A stretch of DNA of 64,000 nucleotides from Okamejei kenojei (Eukaryota). The translations under genes were made by a program, and so were the position numbers. Below the pieces are notes generated by a model. It did no database searches, was not told the origin of the DNA, and was given only the letters and a program-made list of their open reading frames with translations. Shown here piece after piece: positions 25,807-38,930 of the stretch. The DNA is taken from assembly GCA_035221665.1 (NCBI GenBank), contig CM069145.1, forward strand, positions 56,978,001 to 57,042,000, written 5' to 3'. The stretch's first letter is position 1, and each line of letters opens with the position of its first letter.

Positions 25807-28045
25807 CATCCTTCTAAACTCCAGTGCATACAAGCATAGTCTTTTCAATCTTTCCTCAGACAGTCCCGCCATCCCAGGGATCAATCTCGTGAACTTACGC
25901 AGCACTGCCTCAATCACAAGGATGTCCTTCCTCAAATTAGGAAAACAAAACTTTCTGAAAGTGTAGATACACTACATCCACTGGCTCCCCTTCATCCATT
26001 TTACTTGTCACATCATCAAAAATGCCCAGAAGATTAGTCGAGCATAATTTTCCTTTCATAAATCCATGCTGACTTTGACTAATCATTTTACTGCTATCCA
26101 AATGCCCTATTATTACCTCTTTAATATTTGACTCCAGTATCTTTCCCACCACCGAAGTCAGGCTAACTGGTCTGTAATTCCCCTGTTTTATCTCTCGCTC
26201 CTTTCTTGAAAAGTGGGATAACATTATCTATCCTCCAATCGACAGGAACTGATCCTGAATCTATTGAACATTGGAAAATGATCACCAATGCTTCCACTAT
26301 GTCCAGAGCCACCTTCCCGAGGACGCTGGGATGCAGACCATCGGGCCCAGAGGATTTATCATCCTTCAGTCCCATTAGCCCGCCCAATACTATTTCTCGC
26401 CTATTGAAAAAGTATTTCAGTTCCTCGACCCCCTTAGATCCTCTGTCCTCCAGTACTTCTGGGAGATTGTTTGTGTCTTCCTTAGTGAAGGCAGATCCGA
26501 GGTACCTGTTCAACTCTTCTGCCATTTCCTTGTTCCCCATAATAATTTCAACCGTGTCTGCCTGCAAGGAACCCACATTTGACTTTGCTATTCTTTTTCC
26601 CTTAACATATCTAAATAAGCTTTTACTGTCCTTCTTTACATTCCTGGCCAGCTTCCGCTCGTACTTCATCTTTTCAGCACGTATTGCCCGTTTTGTTTCC
26701 TTCTGTTGTCCTATAAAGTTTCCCAATCCTCTTGCTTCTGGCTACGCATTGCTGTGCTATACATCTTTTATTTTAGTTTTATTATCTAACTTCTCGTGTC
26801 TGCCACGGTTGCCTCCCACTCCCCTTAGAACCTGTCTTCCTTTTTGCAATGAGATGATCCTGCGCCTTCCGGGTTATGCCCAGATATTCATGCCACTGCT
26901 GTTCCACCGCCATTCCTGCTGGTATCCCTTTCCAGGATACTATCTACCTTGGACAGCTGCTCTCTCGTGCCTTCATAGTCCCCTTTGTTCAACTGCAACA
27001 CTGACACTTCTGATTTAAACTTTTCCTTCTCAAATTGCAGATTAAAACGAATCATATTATGATCACTACCTCCAAGCGGTTCCTTTACCGGATCTCTTAT
27101 CACATCTGGTTCATTGGACAACACTAAATCCAGAATTGCATTTTCTCTGCTCGGCTCCATTACAAGCTGCTCTAAGAATCCATTTCGGAGGCACTCTACA
27201 AACTCTTGGAGTCCTGCACCAACCTGATTTTCCCAGTCTACCTGCATATTGAAATCCCCCATCACCACAGTGGCATTACCTTTGTTACATGCCAGTTTTA
27301 ACTCCTGCTGCAACTTACACCCTACAACCGTGCTACTATTTGGGGGTCTATAGATAACACCAATTAGTGTCTTCTCGCCTTTGCAATTCCTCAACTTAAT
27401 CCACAGTGTCGCAACCTCTTCAGTCCCCATGCCTTCCCTCACAAGGGACTGATTTCCATTCCTCGCCAGAAGAGCTACTCCCGACCCCTCCTCTGACCAC
27501 CTGCTTGTCCTTTCTATAGGATGTATAACCCTGAATATTAAGTACCCAGGCCCGATACTCCTGCAGCCACGTCTCGGTAATCCCCACAATGTCACAATCC
27601 CCACCAACCTCAAGCGCATCGATCCCTATTACACTTGACCATACACTCCTATCCCTTTGTTAGCTTTCTTTCCCGTTAATTCTGGGGTCATTAACTATCC
27701 CTTTACTCCATTTCCCTTTTACTCCGTCCTTGACTATCCCATTTGACACCCCCCTCCCCCCTTATTTAGTTTAAAACCACCTGTGTCGCAGTGGCAAACC
27801 TGCCTACCAGAATGCCGGCCCCCCACCTGTTCAGGTGCAATCCGTCCCTGTTGTACAGCTACCCCTGACTCCAGAACAGATCCCAGTGGTCTAACAATGT
27901 AAATCCCTGCCCCCCCCCCCCTGCACCAGTTCCTCAGCCACACATTCAGGTCCTGTATCTCCCTGTTCCTGCTCTGGCCAGCACGAGGCACTGGAAGCAA
28001 ACCGGAGATAACCACCCCGGAAGTCCTGCTTTTCAGCACTTCGGC
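25807..28045 (-). mobile_element. Long decayed CR1: ORF1 esterase fragment, AP endonuclease and RT N-terminal region
   Basis: VVISGLLPVP..LNVWLRNWC followed by DGLHL (SGNH-type ORF1); GVIYRPP, MGDFN, LDLV, SDHN (APE); SGPDGLHP, NYRPVSLTS. Confidence 0.9.
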
Positions 28046-28919
28046 AGATAATTCCACATATTCACAACTCTCTGGGTGAAGACCCCTTATTCTTAACTGT
28101 GACCCCTGGTTCTGGACTCCCCCAACATCGGGAACATTTTTCCTGCGTCTACCCTGTCCGATCATTTAAGAATTGTATATGTTTCTATAAGATCTTTCTA
28201 AAAGTTTGTATTAAATGTTTCTGTAATAAAAACGTATAAATTGCATTTGGACGGGTACATGGACAGGGAACGTTAGACGAATAAGTGCCAAACACCGAAT
28301 AGGTGAATGGGCCAAGAGTGCTGTTTCGGTGCTTGATGACTTAATGATATGGAGACCTGTGCTGCATGTTGCCTTGTTAAAACTCCTTTCACATGTGAGT
28401 TGCACCTTCAATGGTGAGCATTTACACATTCATTCAAACTATTGTGTTGAGACCCTTGACGGAATTCAAGGACGAAATATATTATGTCTACCTAAACAAA
28501 TTGATTTTACGAAAGGATAGTGGTTTACGCGTTATTCTAATTGCAGGTTTTAGGAATTTCAAAGTAATCTGTTAGGATGACACTATCAAACACCACCTCA
28601 CGAGTATTCTGCAAAATCCACGTACTGTATGATCAAAACCAAACCACTTTGCGCGGAAGTCAGCAAAACATTTCTTCACACCAAGGATGATGGGGGAGTG
28701 AAATTGTTTAAGAAGCTGTGAGAAACTCAAGGTCAGCTATAGGTTTAGGTCAGAATTGAATTTTTTGTTAGTCCCAATGGACTACCGTGAGATTGTCCCA
28801 ATCTAATTGGGGGATTGAGGAGGGACATCGAGTGGGCTAGAGGATGTGGGACGGGATCTGAAATTGTCAAGTTTCAAAATTGGTTTGCGAAACGAAAACG
28901 TGTTGAGGAATAGTGTAGC

Positions 28920-29148
28920 AAAAAACTGGAGATGCGAGATTAAACCGAAGATAAACCAAAAATGCTAGAGTAACTCAGAGGGGCAGGTAGTTCTTCTGGA
29001 GGGAAAGAATGGATGACATTTCGGTTCGAGACCGATCTTTAGAGGCTGAAAAGTCTGAAGAAGGGTCTTGACGCGAAACGTCACACATTCCTTCTCTCTG
29101 GAGATGCTGCCTGTCCCGTTGAGTTATTCTAGCGTTTTGTGTCTACAA
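28920..29148. mobile_element. Foldback Penelope terminal element with near-intact hammerhead core at 29053-29084
   Basis: Inverted arms; GT-CTGAAGA-A-GGGT(CTTG)ACGC-GAAA-CG-TC-AC. Confidence 0.8.
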
Positions 29149-29297
29149 ATTAGGTGTCCTGGCTGGCACAAGGGAGGTTTTGTATCATTGGCTCACGCTG
29201 TTTTTAGGCTATGCAAATATGGGACCGAAAAGGAAATTCACAGGTTTTGCCAAAAGTATTAAGCTTTTGGGGCATGTGCCGTTTGTTCAAAACTATC

Positions 29298-29978
29298 CAC
29301 CGGGTGGCGCCGTCAGCGATGGCAGCCTCGCCAGCGGTCTTTGCTTTTCGTCTTTTTTCTTATTTGTAGTGTGTTTAAAAAAGTTTGTGTTAATAATCTC
29401 TGGTTTGTTTCATGTGGGGGGGGGGGGTGCGGGAAGAGGTAGGGAGAATTTTTTTTCAATCTCTTACCTTACGGGAGATGCGATTGTTTTCCGGATCGTA
29501 TCTCCGGTCGCTTTCCGGCCTAACATCATGGAGCTGGAGGCCTTGCTCGAGACTGACTTTGATACCCACCGCGGGGCCGTGGACTTACCATCGGAGCCTG
29601 CGATCCCTTGCCTGATTTGAAACTCCAACTGCGACCTACGGATTTCGACATTGAGGAGCTCGCAGTCCGATCGCCCGGCGCGGGGACCTGAGATTCCCCC
29701 GATGCATGTTGCCGTGAGGCGGAGGGCCCGTCCACAGGCTGTGGGAGCGAAAGATCGTCCCGTCAACGGAAGGCTAGAGGCCTCCAACCGTGGGAGGACA
29801 AAGAAGGGAAGAGATGTACTTTTTTTGCCTTCCATCACAGTGAGAAATGTGGAGGAGTGGCTGTTTATGTTAAGATGTATTTTGCGAGTCTTATTGCTTT
29901 TTTCTAGGTATGGCGGTATGGCAAATCAAATTCCTCGTGTGTTGCAAAACATGCTTGGCTGATAAAGTATGATTATGA
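29298..29978 (+). mobile_element. GC-rich non-autonomous element with Rex1/Babar-like 3' tail
   Basis: TTTGCCTTCCATCACAGTGAG motif (reverse complement of the 7748/14390 motif); 3' end CAAATTCCTCGTGTG..CTTGGCTGATAAAG(TATGAT)n resembles the Rex tail at 52455. Confidence 0.6.
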
Positions 29979-30096
29979 CCAAATAGTTAGGGAGGGGGGG
30001 GGCAATTCCACTATATGTGAGCTGGAAACTATGCTGAGGGGAGTGGAGAGTTCAGCTTTTCTTGTAACCGTTAGGATAGAATTGTCACTCTGCTCA

Positions 30097-30725
30097 ATAG
30101 AAACATAGAAACAAAGAAAATAGGTGCAGAAGTAGGCCATTCGGCCCTTCGAGCCTGCACACCCATTCAATATGATCATGGCTGACCATCCAACTCAGTA
30201 TCCTCTACCTGCCTTCTCTCCATACCCCCTGATCCCTTTAGCCACAAGGGCCACATCTAACTCCCTCTTAAATATAGCCAATTAACTGGCCTCAACTACC
30301 TTCTGTAGCAGAGAATTCCAGAGATTCACCACTCTCTGTGTGAAAAATATTTCTCTCATCTCGGTCCTAAAAGATTTCCCCCTTATCCTTAAACTGTGAC
30401 CCCTTGTTCTGGACTTCTCCAACATCGGGAACAATCTTCCTGCATCTAGCCTGTCCAACCCCTTAGGAATTTTGTAAGTTTCTATAAGAATCCTCCTCAA
30501 TCTTCCAAATTCTAGCGAGTGCAAACCGAGTCTATCCAGTCTTTCTTCATATGAAAGTCCTGACATCCCAGGAATCAGTCTGGTGAACGCTCTCTGTACT
30601 CCCTCTCTGGCAAGAATGTCTTTCCTCAGATTTGGAGACCAGAACTGTACGCAATACTCCAGGTGTGGTCTCACAAAGACATATACAACTCCCTGCTCCT
30701 ATACGCAAATCATTTTGCTATGAAT
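30097..30725 (-). mobile_element. CR1 family A 3' fragment
   Basis: ORF 30282-30674; (AGAAACAT)n tail. Confidence 0.9.
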
Positions 30726-30869
30726 AGAAAGGATTTTGTTGAACAGAATAGCACGGGCAATAGAATGGGATGAATCAGCAGCTCTTTTGAATATCAACAC
30801 AATTATGTGAGGCAAGCCCTTCCTCTTAACGTTAAACCTAATGTTCAACTGCTACCACCTGCACCATGC

Positions 30870-31790
30870 AGCACTCATGGTATGCATCAACTTCCCTACT
30901 AACGTACCTCCTGGACCATTACCGATGCCTCCCTCCCCTTGCTTGATCTCACCGCCTCCATCACAGGAGGTAAACTATCGACGTGTACTGCAAGCCTACT
31001 GACTCCCACATTCATATGAACAACACTTATTTGCCCCCCCCCCCCCCCCTGCCTACTGCAAATACTCTATCTCCTACTCCCAATTCCCCCATCTCTGCTG
31101 CATCTGCTCCCAAGATGGCATATTCCATACCTGGACATCCGAGATATCCCCATTCTTTAGGGATCGAGGATTCCCTACTTTTATCACAGATAAGGCGCTC
31201 ACATGTGTCTCCTCAGTACCCCGCAGCTCCGCCCTTGACCCCCTCCCCCTGGTCACAACGGGGACAGAGTCCCCCTTGTCCTCACCTTTCACTCCATCAA
31301 CTGTCGCATACAACGCATCATCCTCCAACATTTTCGCCAACTACAACGGGATCTCACCACTAGTCATATCTTCCCATTTCCACCACTTTTGGCCTTCCGT
31401 AGTGACAGTTCCATCCGCAATTCCGTTTCACTCATCACTTTCAACCCAAACCATCCCGTCCCCAGGAACTTTCCCCGGCAACGGTAGGAGATCAAACACC
31501 TGCCCTGATACCTCCTCTCTCGACTCTCCAGGGTCCCGACAGATCTTTCAGGTGAGGCAGATTTTCACTTGCACCTCCTCCGAACTCATCTACTGTATCC
31601 GTGGTGCTCCTATATATCGGCGAGACCAAGCGCAAAGCGGACGATTGTTTCGCTAAATACTTATGCTCTGTCCGTCTTGGAGAGTTTAACTCTCCTTCCC
31701 ATTCCCATACTGACCTTTCAGTCCTGAGCCTCCTCCATCGTCAGAGTGAGGCCACCCGCAAATTGGAGGATTAGCACTTCATATTTCGAA
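30870..31790 (+). mobile_element. Penelope-like element fragment: RT C-terminus and GIY-YIG endonuclease
   Basis: YCKPTDSH, YSQF..ICS, FTCTSSELIYCIR then LLYIGETKR; frameshifted. Confidence 0.85.
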
Positions 31791-31879
31791 ATATAGAATT
31801 CAACAGAAGAGGACAAATGGGTTAATTAAGAGGACAAATTGGGTTAAGTATGAAATAGGGCATGAATGAAAGCTTGAAG

Positions 31880-33730
31880 GAATATAATAACTAATTGTAT
31901 AAGCCCCTATAGATAAGCGAGGAGGACACGATTAGTGGAGCCAAATGTAGGTTTCTTAGAGTCAGAAACAGGTGAATTCATAATGGGAATTTCTTTATGG
32001 CAGACAAGTTAAACTTTGTTTCTGTCTTCACTACGTAAGACACAAACAATCTCCCAGAAATAGTAGGGGACCGAGGATCTAGTGGGAGGGGGGAACTGAA
32101 GGGAATCCACGTTAGTCAGAACATGGTTAGGGACATTTTTGGGACTGTAGGCAGATAAATCCTCACGTCTTGATGGTCTGCATCGCGGATTGCTCAAGGA
32201 GGTGGCGCTCGAAATCGTTGTTGCATTGGTGATCATTTTCCAGTTTTCTATATTCAGGATCAATTCCTGTGGACCGGAGGGAACCTAATGTAACCCCACT
32301 TTTTAAGAAAGGAGGGAGAGAGAAATAACGAATTATTGACCAGTTAGCCTGACATCGGTGGTGGGGAAGATGCTTGAGTCAAGTGTTAAAGATGTGATAG
32401 CAGAGTGTTTGGAAAGCAGTGACAGGAACGGTCAAAGCCAAGCAATTAGCCAGGATTTATGAAGGGGACATCATGCTTGACTGATCTTCTGGGATTTTTT
32501 ACGATGTAACAAGTAGAACATATAAGGGAGAGTCAGTGGGTGTGATGTATCTGGACTTTCAAAAGGCCTTTGACAAGGTCCCACACAAGAGATTAGTGTA
32601 TAAAATTAGAGAACATGGTGTTGGTGGCCAGGTCATAGTCTGCTTGCAGACAGGAAGCATTGAGTAGGGATTAACGGGTCCTTTTCAGAATGGCAGGCAG
32701 TGACTAGTGTAGTGCCGCAAGACTTAATGCAGGGACCCCAGTTATTTACAATATATATTAACGATTTAGACGGAGGAATTAAATATAACATCTCCAAGTT
32801 TGCGGATGACACAAAGCTGGGTGGCAGCGTTAGCTGCGAGGATGATGCTATTAATCTGCAAGGTGACTTGGATAGATTATGTGAGTGGGCAGATGCATGG
32901 CAGATGCGGTACAATGTGGGTAAATGTGATCTTATCCACGTTGGTGGCAAGAACAAGAAGGCAGATTACTATCTGAATGGTGTCAGATTAGGAAAAGGGG
33001 GAGTGCAACGAGACATGGGTGTGCTTGAACATCTGTCACTGAAAGTAAGCATCCAGGTACAGCAGGCAGTGGAGAAAGCAAAGGGTTGGCCTTCATATTT
33101 GGAGGATTTGAGTTTAAGAGCAATGAAGTCCGACTGTAGTTGTACAGGTGCCTTGTGAAACCACACCTGGAGTAATGTGTGCCGTTTTGTTCTCCTAATT
33201 TGAGGAAGGACATTCTTGCTATTGAGGGAGTGCAGCGTAGATTCACCAGGTTAATTCCCGGGATGACGGGACTGACATATGATGAAATAATGGATCGACT
33301 GGGCTTACATTTATTGAATTTAAGAAGTATGAGAGGGGGTCTTATAGAAACATATACATTCTTAAGGGATTGGACAGTCAAGATGCAGGAAAAAATGTTA
33401 CCGATGTTGGGGGAGTCCAGAACCAGGGATCACAGTTTAACAATAAGGGGTAGGCCATTTAAGACTGAGATGAGAAAAAACCTATTAATCCAGAGAATTA
33501 TGAATCTGTGGATTATGAACCAAGAGAAGACAGTGGAGGCCAATTCACTGGATGTTTTCAAAAGAGAGTTTGATATAGTTCCTATGGCTAACGAAATCAA
33601 GAGGTATAGGGAGAAAGCATGACCGGGGTGCTGATTTAGGATGATTAGCCATGATCACATTGAATGTCGGTGCTGGCTCGAAGGGCTGAATGGCCTATTC
33701 ATGCACCTGTTTTCTTTGTTTCTATGTTTC
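31880..33730 (+). mobile_element. CR1 LINE, decayed ORF2 and tail
   Basis: YLDFQKAFDKV, FADDTKLGG, 3' UTR and TTTCTATGTTTC end. Confidence 0.9.
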
Positions 33731-34254
33731 AATGACCCGAAACTTTACCCATCCTTTTTCTACAGGGACACTGCCCGACCCCGTTGAGTACTCCAGCACG
33801 TTGTGTCTATCCCCACAAAGATGGTACATTCCCCATCTCCCAATCGAGCTCGCGGTAAACCTTGCATTTATCTTGTCTACGCTTTCTCTGCAGCTGTAAC
33901 TCTATATTCTGAATTCTGTTTCCTTTTACGTTTGCACTACCTGTTGAAATAATATATGATTTGTATATATCATGTATGAATGATGAGAATGCGAATGTTT
34001 AGGACGAGTGTGGAAAACATTTATTGGCAACATACGCATTGTGGCATGTTTTAAGATGTCATTCTGCCCAGAGCAAGAAAGGTTGGAAATATTTCGTTAA
34101 AATGTACATATAAGTTTCAACAAGATTAATAAATATAAACTATTCATTTGTGGATGGTTAAAAATACCGAACTGGGCGGGGTTCGCAATCATTTAAGGTA
34201 ATGCATGAAATGTCCATGGCAGATTAGGTGAAGACGTATTCTGCACGGTTGCAG

Positions 34255-34400
34255 GCCACACGGTGGCGCTGCTCGAAGACCCACTGCCTCGCAGCGCAAG
34301 AGAGTTCGATGCTGATCTGCGCTGCAGCTTGTGCTGTGAGTCTGTGGGTTTTCCCCGGTTCATTTTTCTCCCACTTCTTGAAGTCGTTTAGTTTGTCGCT
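34255..34400 (+). mobile_element. Degenerate HE1/V-SINE
   Basis: CACGGTGGCGC..CTGCCTCGCAGCGC..GTTCGAT head and GTGGGTTTTCCCCGG core. Confidence 0.55.
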
Positions 34401-35047
34401 ATAAATTACATATATGGTGTCGGTTCCTTTAGGTTCAGATTTAGGGCTAATATTGTCACGTGTACCGAGGAACACGGAAAAGCTGCATGTTCAGTATCTG
34501 ATTTCGGTTATTAGTCCAATGTAACGAATGTAGCAGGTAATTTGTGGAAAGTGAATTTCCATAAACAACAATGAGCCAATTGGGGAATATTGCGCCTATT
34601 TTAAGGATTTATTTCCTTCATAACATCCCCCTAAATACACCATGCCTGGTCATACAGTAGCTACAGTACTGGAGTTCCAGAATAGGATTGCGTTCATAAA
34701 TCTTTGTGATGGGAATTGAAACCCGGTCCCCTCTATCTCAGTTGGAAGGATGAACCGCGACGAAGAAGTTAGCGACAAACGGTCTGTGGGGTATTGTGGC
34801 TGATTGAGCAACTCCTGGACTGCACGTCTCTTTTTATGGATGTTTTGGCTCCGTGCAGAGTGAGTCGTGAATTGGCCAAGATCTTTGTGATAAGGTGCTC
34901 AACCAAGTCCCAGCAATATGTTGCCAGTGTGAACAGGTCCTTCAACGGAAATAGATCACTAATGTTCCTCTACGGCAATAAATCAGCAGATTAGCATATT
35001 GAGGCCATGAGATCCACGGTAATTCGCAAATATGATGGATATTAGCA

Positions 35048-35478
35048 GGTAAGCAAGTAAGCAAGTAAGTTTATTGACGAAGTATTCACATACAAGGAAT
35101 TTGCCTTGGTGCTCCGCCCACATGTAACATCATGACATACATTGAAAGTTACGAATGACTCAGAAAACACTAAACATTAATAATAATAAAATATTAATGA
35201 TAAAACACCAGGAACTTCGATAGTCCACAGATGTGACTGTAGTGTTGTTGATGGTGAGTGGGGTGATGGGAGGGGGAGCTCTCCTAAAGTCTACAATCAA
35301 TTCCACTGTCTTAAGGTCATTGAGCTCCAGGTTGCGATGGCACCAGGACGCCAGCTGTGACACTTGTCTGTAGGCAGATTCCTCCCCATCCTGGATCATT
35401 CCAATCAGGGTTGTGTCGTCTGCAATCTTGAGAAGCTTGATGGAGGTGTCTGGGGAGGTGCAGTCGTTGGTGCAGAGA
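35048..35478 (-). mobile_element. Rex1/Babar LINE fragment; 3' UTR joined to RT with an internal deletion
   Basis: IQDGEESAYRQ..SWC..NLELN..KTVELIVDFRR; tail matches 52455-52610. Confidence 0.85.
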
Positions 35479-36379
35479 GATTAGAGAGAGTCTTTACGCG
35501 GAGGATAGCTGGAATTTGGAATGCACTGCTCCAAAGGCTTAGCTATAGGACTAAAGGACGAACTGATGAGGATTTATAAAATTATATGGGGTACAGATAG
35601 ATTTCAGATTATTGAATATTGTCCCACATCTTGGGAGAATTGGTTGAAGATAATAAATGATCGTTTCAGGGGAAGTCTTTACGCGGAGAAAAGCTGGAAT
35701 TTGGAATGCACTGCTTGAGCGAACAGTGGATGCAGAGACTGCCACCATATTTTGGAAGTATCTACTGGAGCAATTGAATCACTAAGATATTGAAGATGAC
35801 GGACTAACGGTAGGTCAATTTGGTTAGATAGGTTAGTACTTCGTCATTCATGATCAGCATAGATAGGGTGGACCGTGGGCGCCGTTTTATGCCGTATGCG
35901 TTGTAAAGTGCTCACATGCAAGTGTGTGTGCTCCCCGCATACAACTCACAGACTGAGAACATTGATGCGATTACACCAATAATACCATGAACTACAAATG
36001 TTACAAACATGAGCAAAGAATATGTGCTGGAGCAACAGCGGATCAGGTAGCATCTGGGGCTGCGAATGGATTGGCGAGGTATTGGTTCGGGACGTTTCAT
36101 CTGAATGACTCAGATTAGAATTGCGAGTGTGTTGGATGTCCTGTACTTTCAATGCATTACTTTAAAAAAGAAGAAAAAAATCCACCCGCGTGGTTTATGC
36201 ACAATTCTTCAGTTGAGCAAATAATCGAGTTATAATGTTGTGTCTTGGACACTGCACGACTAAAATCATCATAATTCCAGAAAAGATAATTAGAAATTAA
36301 AAAGTCAAAAAATAAAACAGTATGTGGGCAGGCAGTTTGTATATGGAAAACTTTCCAGAGTCACATGCTCATAAGGTCA

Positions 36380-36749
36380 TAAGAGATAAGAATAGAATTA
36401 GATTAGATTTTCTGACCATTTGTGTAATTGAATTGCACGAATTTTGGTACAAAAATCAGCACTGCACGGTATCCCCCCTTATAGCTATGATACAGAGGTG
36501 TGGATGAAGTCGATAATAATTTTAATTCCCATGTGCAAATTACGACATATTTGCAGGTCTACCCCTTCCATTTTATATCAAAAGTACTTAACCAATTTTA
36601 ATAAACTTAGTATGAAATATTGGCAATTTATAAAATATACATATTAATGGGATCATTATGTACATATGTAACATTTCCATTTCCAGATCAAGGGGCGGGT
36701 GTGGGGGCAAATATGCGTCAAGCCGATAGCCTAATCGTGAAAGGGTTAA
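36380..36749. mobile_element. Possible piggyBac-type non-autonomous transposon end
   Basis: AT-rich segment ending AAAGGG|TTAA at 36740-36749; no partner terminus found. Confidence 0.3.
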
Positions 36750-36764
36750 AAGATAGCCAAATCG

Positions 36765-37215
36765 ACAAAGAGCTGAGAAGATGAATCAGAGCTGCCAAGG
36801 AAAGGTACGCTGAGAAGTTGAGGAGCAAGTAATCAGCTAGTGACTTCTTTAGTTTGGAAGAGCATTAAAACAATTGCTTTAAGAGGAAAGCCCCCCGCTC
36901 GTTGGACAAACGTCAGCTGACCAACGACCTGAATGAGTTTTACTGCAGGTTTGAAAATCAGAAACGTAACCCTGGTACCCCCTCCCCAACAAACACAGCG
37001 AGACCTCAGTCTGCAAAGAATGGACCCTGCACCCACTCCTCCCCATTCACCACTTCAACTCTACTTAAGGCAACACTCCAGTATGAAAAGACTATACCCT
37101 TCCCCACCCCAACCAACACTTCACACCCACTCACAGCCTGACCTCAGTCTGCAAAGACTGGCCCTTCGACACCCACCTGTCTCCAATTACCACTTCACAC
37201 CCAATTACCCACACC
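36765..37215 (+). mobile_element. Rex1/Babar ORF fragment
   Basis: IRAAKERYAEKL and LTNDLNEFYCRFE peptides. Confidence 0.7.
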
Positions 37216-37706
37216 CTCCTTGCTGAACGAACATCACGGGAGGTCGGGTTGGTTATTGCGGACCGAGCGGAGGTGTTCGGCGAAACGATCTGACAAACGG
37301 CGAAAACGGCGAGGCTCAGCACTTCAACTACCCCTCCCATTCCGTATCCGACCTCTCTGTCCTGGGCCTCCTCCACGGCCAGAGTGAGCAACACCGCAAA
37401 TTGGAGGAACAGCACCTCATATTCCGCTTGGGGTATCTGCATCCTCTGGGCTTGAACATTGAATTTTCTCAATTCTGTTAACCCTTGCTGTCTCCTCCCC
37501 TTCCCACCTCTCCTTCAGCCCTCGGGCTCCTCCTCCTCCTTTTTTCTTTCTTCTCCCCGCCCCCCACCTCGCAGCAGTCTGAAGAAGGGTTTCGGCCCGA
37601 AGCATTGCCTATCTCCTTCGCTCCTTAGATGCTGCTGCACCCGCTGAGTTTCTCCAGCCTTTTGTGCACCCTCGATTTTCCAGCATCTGCAGTTCCTTCT
37701 TTAACA
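37215..37706 (+). mobile_element. Penelope 3' end: GIY-YIG C-terminus, terminal repeat with hammerhead-like core, short 5' inversion
   Basis: RKLEEQHLIFRLG..P.GLNIEFS; AGTCTGAAGAAGGGTTTCGGCCCGAAG at about 37576; ends CAGCATCTGCAGTTCCTTCT. Confidence 0.85.
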
Positions 37707-37709
37707 ACA

Positions 37710-38540
37710 TAGAAGTTGGGAGGTCATGATGCAGTTGCGCAAGCAGTTGGTGAGGCCGCATCTGTGAGGCCGCACCATGTTATAGGAAAAATTTCATCAA
37801 ACTGGAACGGGTACAGTGAAGACTCACCAGGATGTTGCTAGGACTAGAGGGCCAGAGCTATAGGGAGAGGTTGAGTAGGCTGGCATTCTGTTTTATGGAG
37901 CACAGGAAGATGACGGATTATCTAATAGAGGTGTATAAAATCATGATTTGAATAGATCAGGTTGAGTATTTTGACTAGAGCAGGTGATTCGACGAGCGGA
38001 GGACATAAGTTTAAGGTGAAGGGGAAAATATTTAATAATAATCTGAGGGGTCTATTTCTCACACAAAGGGTGGAAGATGTACGGAACAACCAGAGGAGGT
38101 AGTTGAAGCAGGGACAATCGCAACGTTTAAGAAACAGTTAGACAGGTACATGGGTAGGAGAGGTTTAGAGGGATATGGATTAAACGTGGGCAGGTGGGAC
38201 TAGTGCAGATGGGACATGCTGGGCCGAAGGACCTGTTTCCACACTGTATCACTCTGTGACTATCATTCCCTCTCAAACCCATTCTCCTGCCTTCTCCCCA
38301 ATTACTTCTGACACCGGTATCAATCAAGAATCTATCAATCTCCTCCTGAAAAATGTCCATAGACTTGGCCTCCGCAGCCGTCTGTGGCAATGAATTCCAC
38401 AGTTCACCACCCTCTGACTTAAGAAATTCCTGCTCATCTCCTCCCTAAAGCGACGTCTTTTAATTCTGAGGCTGTGGCCACTGGTCCTAGACTCTCCCAC
38501 TAGTGGAAACATCCTCTCCACATCCACTCCTTCCAGGCGA
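37710..38540. mobile_element. Two old CR1 3' fragments, tail to tail
   Basis: + strand copy 37710-38260 and - strand copy 38265-38540 (MFPLVGESRTSGHSLRIK). Confidence 0.75.
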
Positions 38541-38706
38541 TTTCCAGGCTGGGACAGACCACATCATGTTCCAAATCTCGTGTTCTGTCCTGCATCACCC
38601 AAGGCAGTAGAGACGTTATGGGAGAGGGCAAGCCTCGTCACAAAGGAGCTCAAGATGATTTGGGTAACATTCAGGAATGTCTATACATGTCACATCGTGA
38701 TTATTA

Positions 38707-38930
38707 CTGAAGAAGGATCTTGACCCGAAATATAATCTATACCTTTTCTCCACAGATGCTGCCTGACCCGTTGAGTTACTCCACCACTCTGTGAAATGTC
38801 CCCTATCCATATTCTCCAGAGATGTTGCCTGACCCACTGAGAAACTCCAGCACTCTGTAAAACGTCACCTATCCATGTTCTCCACAGATGCTGCCTGACC
38901 CACTGAGTTACTCCAGCACTTTGTGTGTAT
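38707..38930 (+). repeat. Three tandem 66-bp units of the Penelope terminal repeat
   Basis: Units start at 38727, 38793 and 38859 (GAAA/AAAA-CGTC-like..GATGCTGCCTGACCC..GAGTTACTCCAGCACT). Confidence 0.85.

Noticed and set aside
25353-25966. Overlapping Arg/Ala/Pro-rich ORFs (also at 8074-8497 and 14428-15060)
   Set aside because: Stop-poor GC-rich repeat sequence, open in several frames, with no domain motifs.
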